Source: Ostrea edulis
Lineage: Eukaryota
Assembly (NCBI RefSeq): GCF_947568905.1
Contig: NC_079168.1
Coordinates: 83,266,001-83,330,000 of the forward strand
Direction of reading: 5' to 3'
DNA: 64,000 nucleotides
Positions 37,387 to 50,167 of this stretch are shown one piece after another. Below the pieces are notes generated by a model. The model saw nothing but the letters and a program-made list of their open reading frames with translations. It did not search any database and was not told the DNA's origin. Made by a program: the position numbers and the translations under genes. Numbering within the stretch: the stretch's first letter is position 1; each line of letters opens with the position of its first letter.

Positions 37387-37726
37387 TCATCTGATCACAG
37401 TCTAACGAGTATCATCTGATCACAGCCTGACAAGTATCATCTGATCAGAGTCTGATGAGTATCATCTGATCACAGCCTGACAAGTATCATCTAATCAGCC
37501 TAACGAGTATCATCTAATCAGCCTGACGAGTATCATCTTATCAGAGTCTGATGAGTATCATCTGATCACAGCCTGACAAGTATCATCTGATCACAGCCTG
37601 ACAAGTATCATCTGATCACAGCCTGACAAGTATCATCTGATCATAGTCTGACGAGTATCATCCGATCACAGCCTAACAAATGTCATCTGACCACATCCTG
37701 ATGAGTTCATCTATTCAGCCTGACAA
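37387..37726. repeat. 25-bp minisatellite (about 13 copies) at the LINE 5' truncation point
   Basis: Unit atcatctgatcacagcctgacaagt. Confidence 0.9.
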
Positions 37727-38304
37727 AATCTATTGTTAAGGCATATCATCGATTGTGGAGCAAAACAATCCTACTTGATGTATAGATTGTATATGTGGCG
37801 TCTTTTCAGTTGATGCTACTAAAGCATGAGATATGCATTGAATTAATCGTACAAATTCTTATCCCAATATACCAACAATTTTGAGTATTTAATATAAAAT
37901 TTTCAATACCAAATCATTATTTCAAATATATCCTATAGTTTTTGATAGAATTGTTATTCCTCCTTATTTTGTACCCTGTCACCTTTTTCAAAAGAGCTTC
38001 ACAGAAGGACTCCAATGTCGATGTTTTTTTGTTTTTATTGAGAAAACAAAGAATTGCTGCTGTGCATGCTTTGTTTATTCTTTAATACCTTCTATAAAAT
38101 GAGAGGCTAAAGCCAAGAATGGTCTTACTATAATACAGTTAATATAAATACAATATAATAAGTTAAATATTTCAATCTCACAACATGTATTCGTGTAAAA
38201 GTGAGCAAAATTAAAACACAAATAGATAAAAACTTTAAAAGCATAGATATTGAGAATAAATAAATAATGATATATACTAGTATAAAAGATGCTCGACTAG
38301 TTAT

Positions 38305-40108
38305 TCATTCGATATCAAAATCGGAAAACAAAAGGAAATCCCTCAGTGCTGTTGGCATTTTAAGAAGCTTAATTTTGTCTTGGATTTGCCCACCACTTCC
38401 AAACGTTTGTCTGATATTTTTTCGACAGTGTTCCATTAGAGTTCTTGGAGAACTCGATATTTCACGAACTTGAGTTTTCATACCTTCTTCTACAGTAGAC
38501 ATTTTCTCAAGCACTGGCAAGTGTTTCCGTAAAATATTGACTGCTTCCTCACAGTACGCACTGACCAACCAGCGGAGCACCTGCTCCTTTTTTTTATGGA
38601 CCGAGTGTTCGATTGGGTTGCATGGTCCACAGTAATTACTCAAAGAAGATTGTGTATCAAACTTGCAGTTCGCCCGTAAGAGAAGTTTCACTGATTCTAT
38701 GCTGAATCCATCTACAGCGAACCATAGCGGTAACGTTCCCGCGTCGTCTCCAATGTTGGGATCCGCTCCTTGTTCCAACAAAATGGCAACAAGCTGCGGG
38801 CTGTTGTAAAACACAGCTTCGTTAAGTGCCGTCATGCCGTGCAGACCTCGAACGTTGGTGTTGGCGCCAGCATTTAGGAAAAATTTCACAGCCTGTATTT
38901 GTTTGTAGTTTACAGCTGATATCAATGGAGTCATTCCATCCTGATTCTGAATGTCGACGTCAAATCCCGCCCGCATTATTTCTTGACAGCACGGAACACT
39001 TCCACCGGTAGCTGCAAAATGCAACAACGAATTGCCATTATTTGGTCGTTTATGAAGATCCGCGCCTTTCTTTATGAGAAAATTGACCACTTCTGTTTGT
39101 CCTTTCACAGCGGCGTTATAAATTGGCGTGCAGGCCAGAGTGTCTGGGGCGTCAATATTTGCAGCAGACTTCAAAAGAGCCTCGCAGCACTTGAGGCTAC
39201 CTCGTTCTGACGCCCAGTGGAGCGCCGTTCGTTTATTATATGCTGCCATGTTGACGTTGCATCTCCTTTCGATCAGAAAATTAACGATATGGTCATGGCC
39301 ATACAATGCTGCCATCATGACTGGCGTAAAGCGTCGTATATCCTGGGCATCAATTTCTGCGCGTGCGTCAAGCAATAAACGGCAACATTCCAAATCGCCA
39401 TGTTGTGCAGCAAAATGAAGCGCTGTTGCTGCGCTATGACTCATGCGATTGACGTCACTACCATACGATAGTAATAATCTCATAACCTCCACGTAGCCCA
39501 TTTCCGCTGCACAGACCAGCGGTGTATTCCCGAACGTGTCCTCCTCTTCAAGGTCAGCCTTAGCGTCCAGTAATAAACGACAAATTTCCATGTGGCCATT
39601 TTCCGTGGCACAGTGGAGGGCAGTTCTGTCATGGTAGCCACGGCGGCGCACGGAGACATTTTTCCCCAGAAGACATCGGACGACCCCAAGATGCCCGTTT
39701 GCGGCAGCCACAATCAGTGGTGTATCTGTGCGAGAATTTTTCGCATTAATACTAGCTCCTGCAGCTAATATCATATTACAGCACTCTATGTAGCCCTCAC
39801 TGCACGCGTAATGAAGAGGTGTGTTACCCATGGGTCCAGCCATGTTGACGTCACTGTCCCAACGCAACAACATTTCGACGACTGACGCGTGACCTCCCCG
39901 GGTGGAGAGGGTGAGGAGTGTGAACTCCTCATCATTGTGGATATCGGGAGAGAACCTGCTGCTCTCTAGTATCAGGGCAGCGCAGTTCGCTTTGCCGCTC
40001 CCACAGGCAAAGAACAGACAACTCTTCAGCTGTTCTTTGGTCGGGTGGCTGGTTTGTAGAACGTCTTTGACCCTTCTTTCATCTCCAGCCACAACAGCCT
40101 CTTGAAGA
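38305..40108 (-). CDS. Ankyrin-repeat and SOCS-box protein (ASB-like), main coding exon
   Basis: About 14 ankyrin repeats (TPLHYAC, TPLIVAA, TALHCAT, TALHFAA, TALHWAS) and a C-terminal SOCS-box-like PRTLMEHCRKNIRQ...IKLLKMPTALRDFL. Acceptor gatttcag|T, phase 2. Confidence 0.93.
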
Positions 40109-41690
40109 CTGAAATCAAAAATACACAAATCAAGCACTAGCAGTTGACAATTGATGCGAAATGAAAATACACAAATTCAGCACTAGCAGTTGACAACTGA
40201 TGCAAAATAAAAAATTATTTAGTTATCCACGGCTCTGTAGAACCTTACGAATGAGAAGGTCATCAATGCAACTGTTTTATCGATATCACCAAACAAACAT
40301 CAATTAATAAATGTAATATGAAATGTGTATTATATAGTATTAGGTCTCTCCAAGCCTTATACAATACTGTAACCAAATATATTGTGATGTCAAATTACAT
40401 ATTACAATGACACTATACATATGAGTTATATTCACTGGATACCCAGTGCATGAATATGTTATATTCTGTTCCGCTGGGAGTGAAACGTATTCCGAACATA
40501 TTTCAGAGTAAAATTTTTGTTTGAATTGCATTTAAAAACGGATTTCAAAAATATTTTATAGGACGTCTCATCCAGTGATACCCGTTTCGTTTATCATTAT
40601 ACATTACTACTACTAAATATCACGTTCATTTTGATGGTTTTGACTATCATTTCTTATTTTTGTAATGTTTGATTGTTGTTTAAAAGTTAGGCCCCATTCA
40701 AGAATTACTCATGTGAAGACCTGCTGTAGATTATGATATACATATTTTAACAGCAGTGAAGGCAACGCCTATCGTGGCACAGGACGCCCAAGCTCCTTTA
40801 AAGTCACCCAAATGACGTGCAACTTTCACTTCTAAATTCTAGTGCAACTTTCACTTCTAAATCGCTTGGCAAAAGATGATAACGTCCTTAGGTTTGACGC
40901 GACGTCGGCATTAGGATTCCGGTGGCGAAGGGGGTCTCATACCCATAGGCCCGGTGTTTGTAAATGATGAGCACCCTTTTGCAGTTCAAGCATGACTGAA
41001 ACAGGAGTTTGATTTTCAACACCTTTACTGAATTTATCTAATTATCTTATCTCTTCAAGTACTTAATCTATTTAATGTATTATTACAGCATTCAGTGACA
41101 ATGACCTGTAGTGACACGGTATTTATAGGTGCCTTGTCATATTTGATCACCCTCTTCGTGTCTGAATGTAGACAATTGTGTATTGAAATAGGATAATTCT
41201 TATTGAAGCAGCAGAATCAGCTAATCTCCTGGTTATATACAATGAGTTGGTCAATACATGGCGGATTGTTTCCTTTTTTAAAGCAAACACAATATTAAAA
41301 AATTTGGTATATTAAGGCATTTGCAAAATTTTATATATATAACAGCGTCACCCCCACCCACCCCCTTTCAATTATTATTGCACAGTTGGTCAGGAGCAAA
41401 AATTTTTATTGATACTCATCTGAAATTACAGAAAAGGGCAGTACAGATAATTCTGAATGTTGGTAATCCAATGTCATCTGATGTTCTACTTTAAAAAATC
41501 TGTGATGAATTCCAATGTCAGACTTTTGTATACAAAAGCACTTTTAGTTAAACAATTTAACTTCAGATCATTTTGAATTTGGACATCAGGTCAGTGATGG
41601 TCAGACGAGTTAAGTATACCAAGAACATATCGCTGCAAAAAATCTTTTATTGTAACTGTCATTATTTTTATGGATCTTTCTAATTTTATT

Positions 41691-41727
<37 letters not shown>

Positions 41728-43299
41728 AAAACTCTACATAAGTGAGTGTTAGTCCTTGCAAAATTTTTAAATGAATACGTCAGATAAAGTACTTCAGATA
41801 ACGTTGCAGAATTTGCCTACCTATATTTTAAAAGTGTCCCTCCTGCGTCACATTTTGAATGTTTATAAATATGTATAAATTCCAAGGCCACATCGTGTAG
41901 TAGTGGTTAAACTAAATTGTGTTTACCCTGTTGAAATAAAGGATATTATCCTTAATAATATGTATGTTTCATTCTCCATGGCTTTTGATCCACAAGTTCC
42001 CGAAATGCGGGGAGCACATATGAATTCAAATCATGGTATGCGATGTTTTCTTTCAACGACCGTGTGGCGGATCCAGAAAAAGTTCTCAAGAGATTAAACA
42101 GAAAAATCACTACTAGACTCGAATAAAGTAATAAACAAACAGAAAAGTACTGGCTAAACTCGAATAACTGGCAGGAAACGCAATCCTATCTAAATTAGAT
42201 ACGCACTCTACGATTATCTACGTATTGGTGATATAAATCAACCGAAAGTGAAATTATTCAGATATTTGTGAAGAAGATTAGAAACACAAAATATCGCCTC
42301 TCCCTAAATTTCGAACACATGTCATCTTCAAACATAATTTCCAACTTGAACCGTACGTAACAATTATAATGAACCCGAACAAACTGGAAAGGTCCGTGAT
42401 GGTTCAAGTTAAATGTGAAATCCCACCCTCTGTATTGAAACCGATCGTTACCCACATGAACCTCTACAAAAACGTTTCTGTACATTGTGTAGCGATGGAT
42501 TCATAAAGGATAAAAAAAACCCACTTTCTGTTTTATTGCATTTTTTCTTCAAAAACCATATAGTAACTTAAACATTATTTCCCAAAGAAGTGCAGACAAA
42601 AATGAACAAGTAAATATTAATCAAAACATTTTAATGGAAAATAATCAAAGACTAACTGCAAAATTTCTTAGTTATCATTTCAAGTAAGAAAACAGCAAAT
42701 AATTTAGTATGCGCTACGTATATACATATGTAAATTGAAATAGAGAAGTGACTTATAGGTCAAATGGGCCGGGTGCAACTTTCTAATTACCATACCTTGT
42801 ATGATTGCATAATATGTAAAATGCACATGTCACTATAATTAAAGTAATAAACAAACGGGAAAAGTAATTACTATAGTTATAAACGAACAGGAAAAATAAT
42901 TATCATACTGAGTGAATTTATAAACCAACGGGAAAGTAATTACTCTAAGACTAAGTCTTGTGTAACTTCGACGAAAGAGCTGCAACATTGGGATACATAA
43001 TCTGAATAAGCAGTGAAATCCAGTACTATATATTGTTGCATTATCGAGTTCCTTTAAAGGGCAACGACCCAGACAATGACAAATCTTCATTTTCGAATAT
43101 TTGTACGTAACTATGTTGAGATGTATAAAGATAATGAGTAAGACTAGCCCATGTGTATTGTGACCAAATGATAAATCTTACTAATCTGGACAATAATTAT
43201 CTAATGGTATAGTTGTTTTAAAGAACTTCAAACATTAATGAAAGATCGGAATTTGGTAAACAAATTGTCCTTATATCGCATAAAACACAACCAGCGGAA

Positions 43300-43332
<33 letters not shown>

Positions 43333-43593
43333 AATAATAAATAAATGAAATTCCTTGCTTGTATGCTCGAGAGGACCCAGAGTTGGATTTGCAAATAAAT
43401 AAATTTTTGACAGGTAAAACCATGTCCCTGTTTTAAAGAAACAGTATTTAATAACTGACTTTAAAAGACAACTCAAATGTTTTAAATGAGAAAACTCTTG
43501 TTTATAAGTTTTTAAATTATATCTCTTTATATATTGGCAGATATCACTTTTCCATTTCTGAATAAATCGCTACACATTACACAATATTTTTAA

Positions 43594-43911
43594 GGAGGTA
43601 TGGTACACCAGATAAATTTGATGTGGATGAAAAGTGAAGGATATGTAAAACATGAAATTGAAAACTTTCAAACTTACTTTATTTAGTCAAAAAATGCAGT
43701 TTTAGTAGAAAGCAATCTGAAAACACTAAAAAAAAAAAAAACCTGCTAGTCTCGAACCCGCGATCTACAGTTGAGCAGTCCACGTGCTAACCTACTGAGC
43801 TACTCAGCTGGGCAATGAATTTTGAAATGAATAGACAAATGTTGCTGATATTAATATTTTCATCCATGTTGTAAAAGGTAGTCGGCCATTATGACGAAGT
43901 AGAGTACCTTC
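43594..43911. mobile_element. MITE (ttaa|GGAGGT termini) carrying an internal tRNA-like segment on the - strand
   Basis: ttaa|ggaggtat ... gtaccttc|taaa. 43743-43812 reverse-complemented reads tagctcagtaggttagc...gggttcgagact (A/B-box-like). Confidence 0.55.
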
Positions 43912-44693
43912 TAAAAACTTGACTTTGCCAAATATATGCCAGGCCACAATTATTTAAAACCTTTTTGACATACTTGGTGTTTCATTGTGTGAAACATAAA
44001 GCGATAAAACTTAGTATTTGCTTAATTTTTATTTGTTTAGATTTTACTATATCCCCCCCCGTTGCTAATTTCGGAGGGGGATGTTCCTACCTAATTCATC
44101 ATATTTACTAAACTCTTATACTGATATTGATTACAATTTTAGATGTATTCACATAACATTATCATTATCCACTGTCTCTGAAACTGGCACTGTCCTTAGA
44201 TGTGTGTAGCAGTTTGGTTATTTCATTTTGTTAATTTAAATCTTTTCTGTAGTCGGTATTTCATATATAATTAAAGATGTGTGCAGCGCAGAACTCTGAC
44301 AGTAGATGTATATCTAGATGATTGTTATCTATTTATATGGTTATAATTAATTGCTTGTTAAACTATATGTACATGCCTCCTGAGGGCCCTTGATTGGTGA
44401 ATAAACATTAATTCGGTGAGAAGTGTCTTAACTTTATTTTTCTAACAAAAAAAGTGTAAGTGGTGTGACCCCATACTTCATATCCATTCAGTTGGTAAAC
44501 ACAGAAGAATTAAGCTGGCTACTACTGCGGTTTATCCGATAATAACATACAGCAATACAGTGTTGTGTTTCTTAATCTGGTTTTTAAAAAAAGGAAAAAA
44601 ACCTTCCTGTGATCATGGTGAATGACTGTATAGTACACTCCTAAAATAACTACACATTTCTAAAATCATCACACATCTCCGAGTTCACTATTG

Positions 44694-44906
44694 NNNNNNN
44701 NNNNNNNNNNNNNNNNNNNNNNNNNNNNNNNNNNNNNNNNNNNNNNNNNNNNNNNNNNNNNNNNNNNNNNNNNNNNNNNNNNNNNNNNNNNNNNNNNNNN
44801 NNNNNNNNNNNNNNNNNNNNNNNNNNNNNNNNNNNNNNNNNNNNNNNNNNNNNNNNNNNNNNNNNNNNNNNNNNNNNNNNNNNNNNNNNNNNNNNNNNNN
44901 NNNNNN
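44694..44906. other. Assembly gap (213 N) in ASB-like intron 1
   Basis: Run of N. Confidence 1.
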
Positions 44907-45395
44907 AATCTTAGCATCTAACAAGCAGGAGAGACAAGTATTGTACTCTTGGGGAGACCGTTGATGTGAACAATAGTTTATCTATGTCAGTCAGTTCAAC
45001 ATACAAAAACATTAGATTTTATGCGTACACATTTTCTGACTGCTAAAACTATATGTATGTATGCATTAAAAATTTCCGTGAATATCATTAAAACTCCCAA
45101 GTGCTTGACACAGTTTTTAAGGCTAAACTTAGCAGACGACCTGCGACCTACATATTGCATTTTATTATATTTTTTCTTACAACAATTGCTTAAAAAATCG
45201 AAATAATATACATCTAAACATATAATCTAAAATATTGTGATCAAAAAGCGACCAATATTCCATGCATGATTAATCTGGTAATAACGAAGTCGCGAAGCAT
45301 TTTACTATCTAGACTAGTGTAATGCAATGATACTAAATTACACGGGAATTGTATGACAACAGAGTGAAGGAAATACAGAAAATTAAGTCATTTAC

Positions 45396-45403
45396 CTTGA
45401 CAT
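45396..45403 (-). CDS. ASB-like first coding exon (ATG TCA AG)
   Basis: ctcgATGTCAAG|gtaaat gives phase 2. It joins the main exon as MSSLQEAVVAGDERRV. Confidence 0.7.
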
Positions 45404-45504
45404 CGAGCAGCTTCTTTGTTCTGGCTTCCCAGTCTCAAACCATGATGTAGATTACTACTGGTTTATCATCTCTGTATATCTCTGTTATTTGTATACATTA
45501 TGTA

Positions 45505-45535
45505 GAAGTTACTTCCGGTTTCACAAATTGGCCAG
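45505..45535 (-). promoter_or_regulatory. Candidate ASB-like promoter: ETS motif and CCAAT box
   Basis: acttccgg at 45511-45518 and attgg (CCAAT on -) at about 45527, in a local CpG-rich patch upstream of the start exon. Confidence 0.45.
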
Positions 45536-46323
45536 AGGAGTCCCGATAAACGCGGGAAAAATCAAACTCGTTACGCTGAGACGAACACAGTTTGGCGAAA
45601 TAAGGCAAATGAACGCCGAACTCTAATTTAATAACACAGAAGATAAAAATATTAGATCATGTAATTTTCTATAACCTTTTTTTTTTTTGTTTATTTTTTC
45701 TACTGAATTTGAGCAATTTGATTTTTACTGTTTTGTTTTATTGATCAAATCAAACGGATTGGGAACAAGTTCTAACAACTTGAAAGTTCCTCCCCTATGA
45801 TATTACAATATGTCATGCAAGGTAATAACTAACCGATAAAATGTTCAATAATTAAACCAATGTGCAAGTTTCTTCTATAAATTTATGAACAGCTGAAAAA
45901 AAAATTATATTAGTTTGCAGAGGCAAATTTATAAACATCACCGCATAATAAAAATGTTGTATCAATATTGACTAAGTCAAGCATGAAAAGGTTATCAAAA
46001 GGATTATTTCTAGCGCTAGAGTAATTTTTACAAGCGACAAAGAGATGATATACATGTTCGTCCATATGTCCACATGTACAAACCGGAGACTTTATTTGTA
46101 ATATTTCGTTTATAAAGATCATAATTAAGTTTACAGAACTTGTGTCTTAGCTTTGTATGAATACTGTTGATATATTTTATTATTATTATTTTTATCAATT
46201 TTGATCGGGCTGGACCCCTACTTTTTCCTCGGGTTTGGTTCAAATTTTAAAAATTGCAATATTTCTTAAATATGGTCATTTCATTTTAATATCTTTATCT
46301 AATATATCTTTTTCAGATTGGAC

Positions 46324-46325
<2 letters not shown>

Positions 46326-46376
<51 letters not shown>
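46326..46376. repeat. (GA)n microsatellite
   Basis: Directly visible. Confidence 0.95.
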
Positions 46377-46377
<1 letters not shown>

Positions 46378-46470
46378 CAACTCGTATAGGTGTAAACGTA
46401 AAAAAAAAAAAAAAGAGGAAGGGGTGCGGTTCAACCTTGCATTTTCACTACCATTCACCGCCACTATGAA

Positions 46471-46750
46471 AAGTGACCAGTTAATAAATCGATGCATGAT
46501 TGTAAAATTAACAAAGCGACCAGTTAATAAATCGATATATGATTGTAAAATTAACAAAGCGACCAGTTAATAAATCGATGTATGATTGTAAAATTAACAA
46601 AACGACCAGTTAATAAATCGATGTATGATTGTAAAATTAACAAAGCGACCAGTTAATAAATCGATGCATGATTGTAAAATTAACAAAGCGACCAGTTAAT
46701 AAATCGATGTATGATTGTAAAATTAACAAAGTGACCATTTGATAAATCAA
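46471..46750. repeat. 43-bp minisatellite, about 6.5 copies
   Basis: gaccagtt recurs at 46475, 46518, 46561, 46604, 46647 and 46690, with a degenerate copy at 46733. Confidence 0.92.
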
Positions 46751-48983
46751 TACAAATTCAGGTGCCCTTTTTTCAAAATAAGCCTGAAAACTGTCAAATA
46801 TCATACAGATTATTGCTCAGGAAAAGATGTGCGCATTTGTCGAGCAAAATGAAAATGATATATATTGTGTATTATTTTAAGATGAAAAACATACTTGAAC
46901 ATGAATTTGCTCGACGCATGCGCTGTATGTTTTCTGAAAGGAAAACCACCTGAATTTGTGGATATTTTCATTGAAAATGGCATTTTTGCAATTTTATGCC
47001 AACTTCTAGCTTTTGTCATATGACACAAATCATTTTGCTGATCAAACTGAGCGGATTTTGGGTTTGCTAATCTTTTCCTTATTTGAATGCCAGGGTTTGA
47101 GCTCCAAGTCAAATCATCGATATTTTGGGCCAATGACTTTAGAAACACTACCTACTTCTTTGCTTGTGATAATAACGCGATGTCGCATGTCAAGAAAACT
47201 AGGCCGGGGGTCGGGGGTGGGGGGGGGGGGTCGGGTTGGGAGCTATATGTACATGTACATACTTTGTGATCAATGTATAAATGATGATTATCTTTCATTT
47301 TATAACGGTCAGTTGTTTTAATGGCTCGAGAAAATCTCACTAAGTAAATATTCGCATCGCCAATACGGTAGAGGAAATGAATAGTACTGTGATTTTTATC
47401 TATTTATTGTTGTTTTGTTTTGTCTCTACCAAACATCAGAAATTTAATAATCTAATAATTTACGTCTTTGATACCAGCGTATTCGCTTGCGACATCCTGA
47501 AAAATAGTCTTCAAATCAGACAGATATTTTGGTATCAGAACGGAACCGTCTGTAGCACCATTAATTTGTATACAAGAGTTGCCCTAGTCAGGTCCCTGCC
47601 CCCGCCACTCTTTAATCACTCGTTTTGGTTTTCGCCCTTTTACTTACACTTCACATGTAATTTGCACAAAATCTTACCAATTTGTAATGTGTCGCATGAG
47701 GACTCAAGGTCAAACTTCAAAGCCTCACGATACAGGAAAATATATATAGCATACTCCTCGCGCCATGCCAGATTTGACTTTGAGCGATATAATCATCAAA
47801 AATCATGGTGCCAGGATATACATACTCTCTATCAAACAAATCAAGTAGGCAGAGATATGAAATGACGGAGAAAGATGGGTTTAAATCATCAATATTAACT
47901 TTGTAGACCTACTCGTGACACGCGAACGAAGTGTTTGAGGTAACTACGGGTTTCTGAAATTCGGTGACAAATTTGAATGATCAAAAATGGCATATTGTGG
48001 GTCATGTTCTTTGAATGATCAAAATATATCTACCACACTCTATGCAATACGATGTTTGCAGAAATATGTTGTAGTTTATGAGAAAATCGATCTCATACTC
48101 GGGATACTGCGTTTTCTCCACTTCGGAGCCGAGCCCTCATGCTCCACAGTGACGACTCCTCGGATGTGACGTTGTATACGGTGGTTTTGTTTTTGGTGTT
48201 TGTGTAGAAATGTTTTTCTTGCTAACAAAGATTTTCATACAGATATGACGGCTATTATTTTCTTCGTTTGCTCCCCACTCCTCAACTTTGTAAAACAACG
48301 CCAAGTGTATGGACTCAATATATCTAACAGTAACGTATAGCCTACTTGTTTAATGAAAAATTTGACAAATTAAGTTAACGCAAAAAACGTGATCTCGTTG
48401 GGCATACTAAATATTAAAACTGCGACGTAATCGGAGACGAAATAATGGTTCCGATATCCCGTATTCTCTTCCTGATGAGTGTTGTTTCAAAATGGACAAT
48501 TTACCACCCCCCCCCCCCACCCCCCAAAGAAAAGAAAAAAAAGTAAGACACACATTTGACCGTATATATGAGCTGCTTTATCAGTATTAATGGCGATAAG
48601 TTGCTCATTACCTCTGTAGAAATAACGAGGACTGTTGTTGTCTACCTGAAATAGTTACTATTCTAAGTATGTAACTAAAAGGGACAAAACCAATCAGTGT
48701 AGACCGGCATCTGAGCTATCTGGCCACCGGCGATCGAATCATTTAATTAGATATGGCAGTAAGACGGGTTCGATCGTAATGGTCTAACCTAGATAGTGTG
48801 TCTCATAGAACAGATACATATAACACGATATTACTATTAGTATCCTGGATAATTTCTATACACGTAACACTACATTACTGTTAGTATCCTGGATAATTTC
48901 TGTCACATAAAACAGATGCATGTAACACTATATATTATTGTAAGTAACCTGGATAATTTCTGTCCCGTAGAACAGATACACGA

Positions 48984-50070
48984 CTATACACGACCATTCC
49001 TCACGATAAATTAAAGACTAGACTTTTTGATATCATAGACAGTTGCTTCTTCAACAAAAATGGAAAACGGAAATATTCATATCTAATGATCAGTTATTCA
49101 AAAACTTACTTTGTTAAACACCACTCTGATTCCACACACAAGTACTCTGAAGTTGAAATAAAAAATATGCTCGAGTTCCTCATTGACAATATCTTCGTGG
49201 TCTTTGGTGATCAGGTCTTCCAACAGTCTGTTGGAATTCCCATGGGCACGAATTGTGCTCCTTTGTTAGCTGACCTGTTTCTATATTCATATGAAGCAGA
49301 ATTTATTCAAAAACTTCTACGTGAGAAGAAAAAATCTCTCGCTGTGGCCTTCAATTCGACATTTCGATATATCGATGACGTTTTATCTATTAACAATAAC
49401 TTTCATTCATACATGTATGTCGATTCGATATATCCCTGTGAGCTCGAAATAAAGGACATCACAGAGTCGTCCACTTCTGCTTCATACTTAGATATTTTAT
49501 TGAAATTAGACATTAACGGCAAACTGACAACTCAACTGTATGACAAACGGGATGATTTCAGCTTCTTCATCGTCAACTTCCCACATTTATGTAGCAATAT
49601 TCCATTATCACCTGCATATGGTGTTTATATATCTCAACTGATTCGATATGCAAGAGCTTGTTCTGGGTATAGTCAATTTTTAAATCGAGGTAAGCTACTG
49701 ACAAACAAGTTGATGGTACAGGGATTTCAACAGTCTCGATTGAAGTCAGCATTTCGCAAATTCTATGGTCGTTATAACGATCTAGTTCGTCAATACAACC
49801 TCGCATTGGGTCAAATGCTGTCTGACATGTTTCATACCGATTGTTAATTTAAGCCGTTCTTGGCACACTCATTTTGACTGCGGATAACTCCGTTTACCTG
49901 ATCAGGATATGGGACTCACGGCGGGTGTGACCGGTCAACAGGGGATGCTTACTCCTCCTAGGCACCTGATCCCACCTCTGGTGTGTCCAGGGGTCCGTGT
50001 TTGCCCAACTATCTATTTTGTATTGCTTGTAGGAGTTATGAAATTGATCACTGTTCGTTATCTTCACCTT
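48984..50070 (+). mobile_element. 5'-truncated Penelope-like element (Naiad-type: RT at the C-terminus, no downstream GIY-YIG) with an open RT frame
   Basis: The frame is open from 48984 (LYTTIPHDKLK) to the stop at 49847. It contains GIPMGTNCAPLLADLFLYSYE and FRYIDD, followed by a 220-bp 3' UTR ending ttatcttcacctt. Confidence 0.88.
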
Positions 50071-50167
50071 GCATTGATATATCATGCCTAGCATGGTTAT
50101 GTATCTACAGCGTCGTGCCATAAAAGATTTATTTTACTATAATATCAATTGATTGCTTGGGTTTTTC

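Noticed and set aside
44669-44924. ORFs full of X
   Set aside because: They span the assembly gap.
49848-50070. SECIS element or hammerhead ribozyme in the Penelope-like 3' UTR
   Set aside because: No RUGA-N11-13-AA...GA geometry and no CUGANGA/GAAA core found; ctgatca is not the hammerhead consensus.
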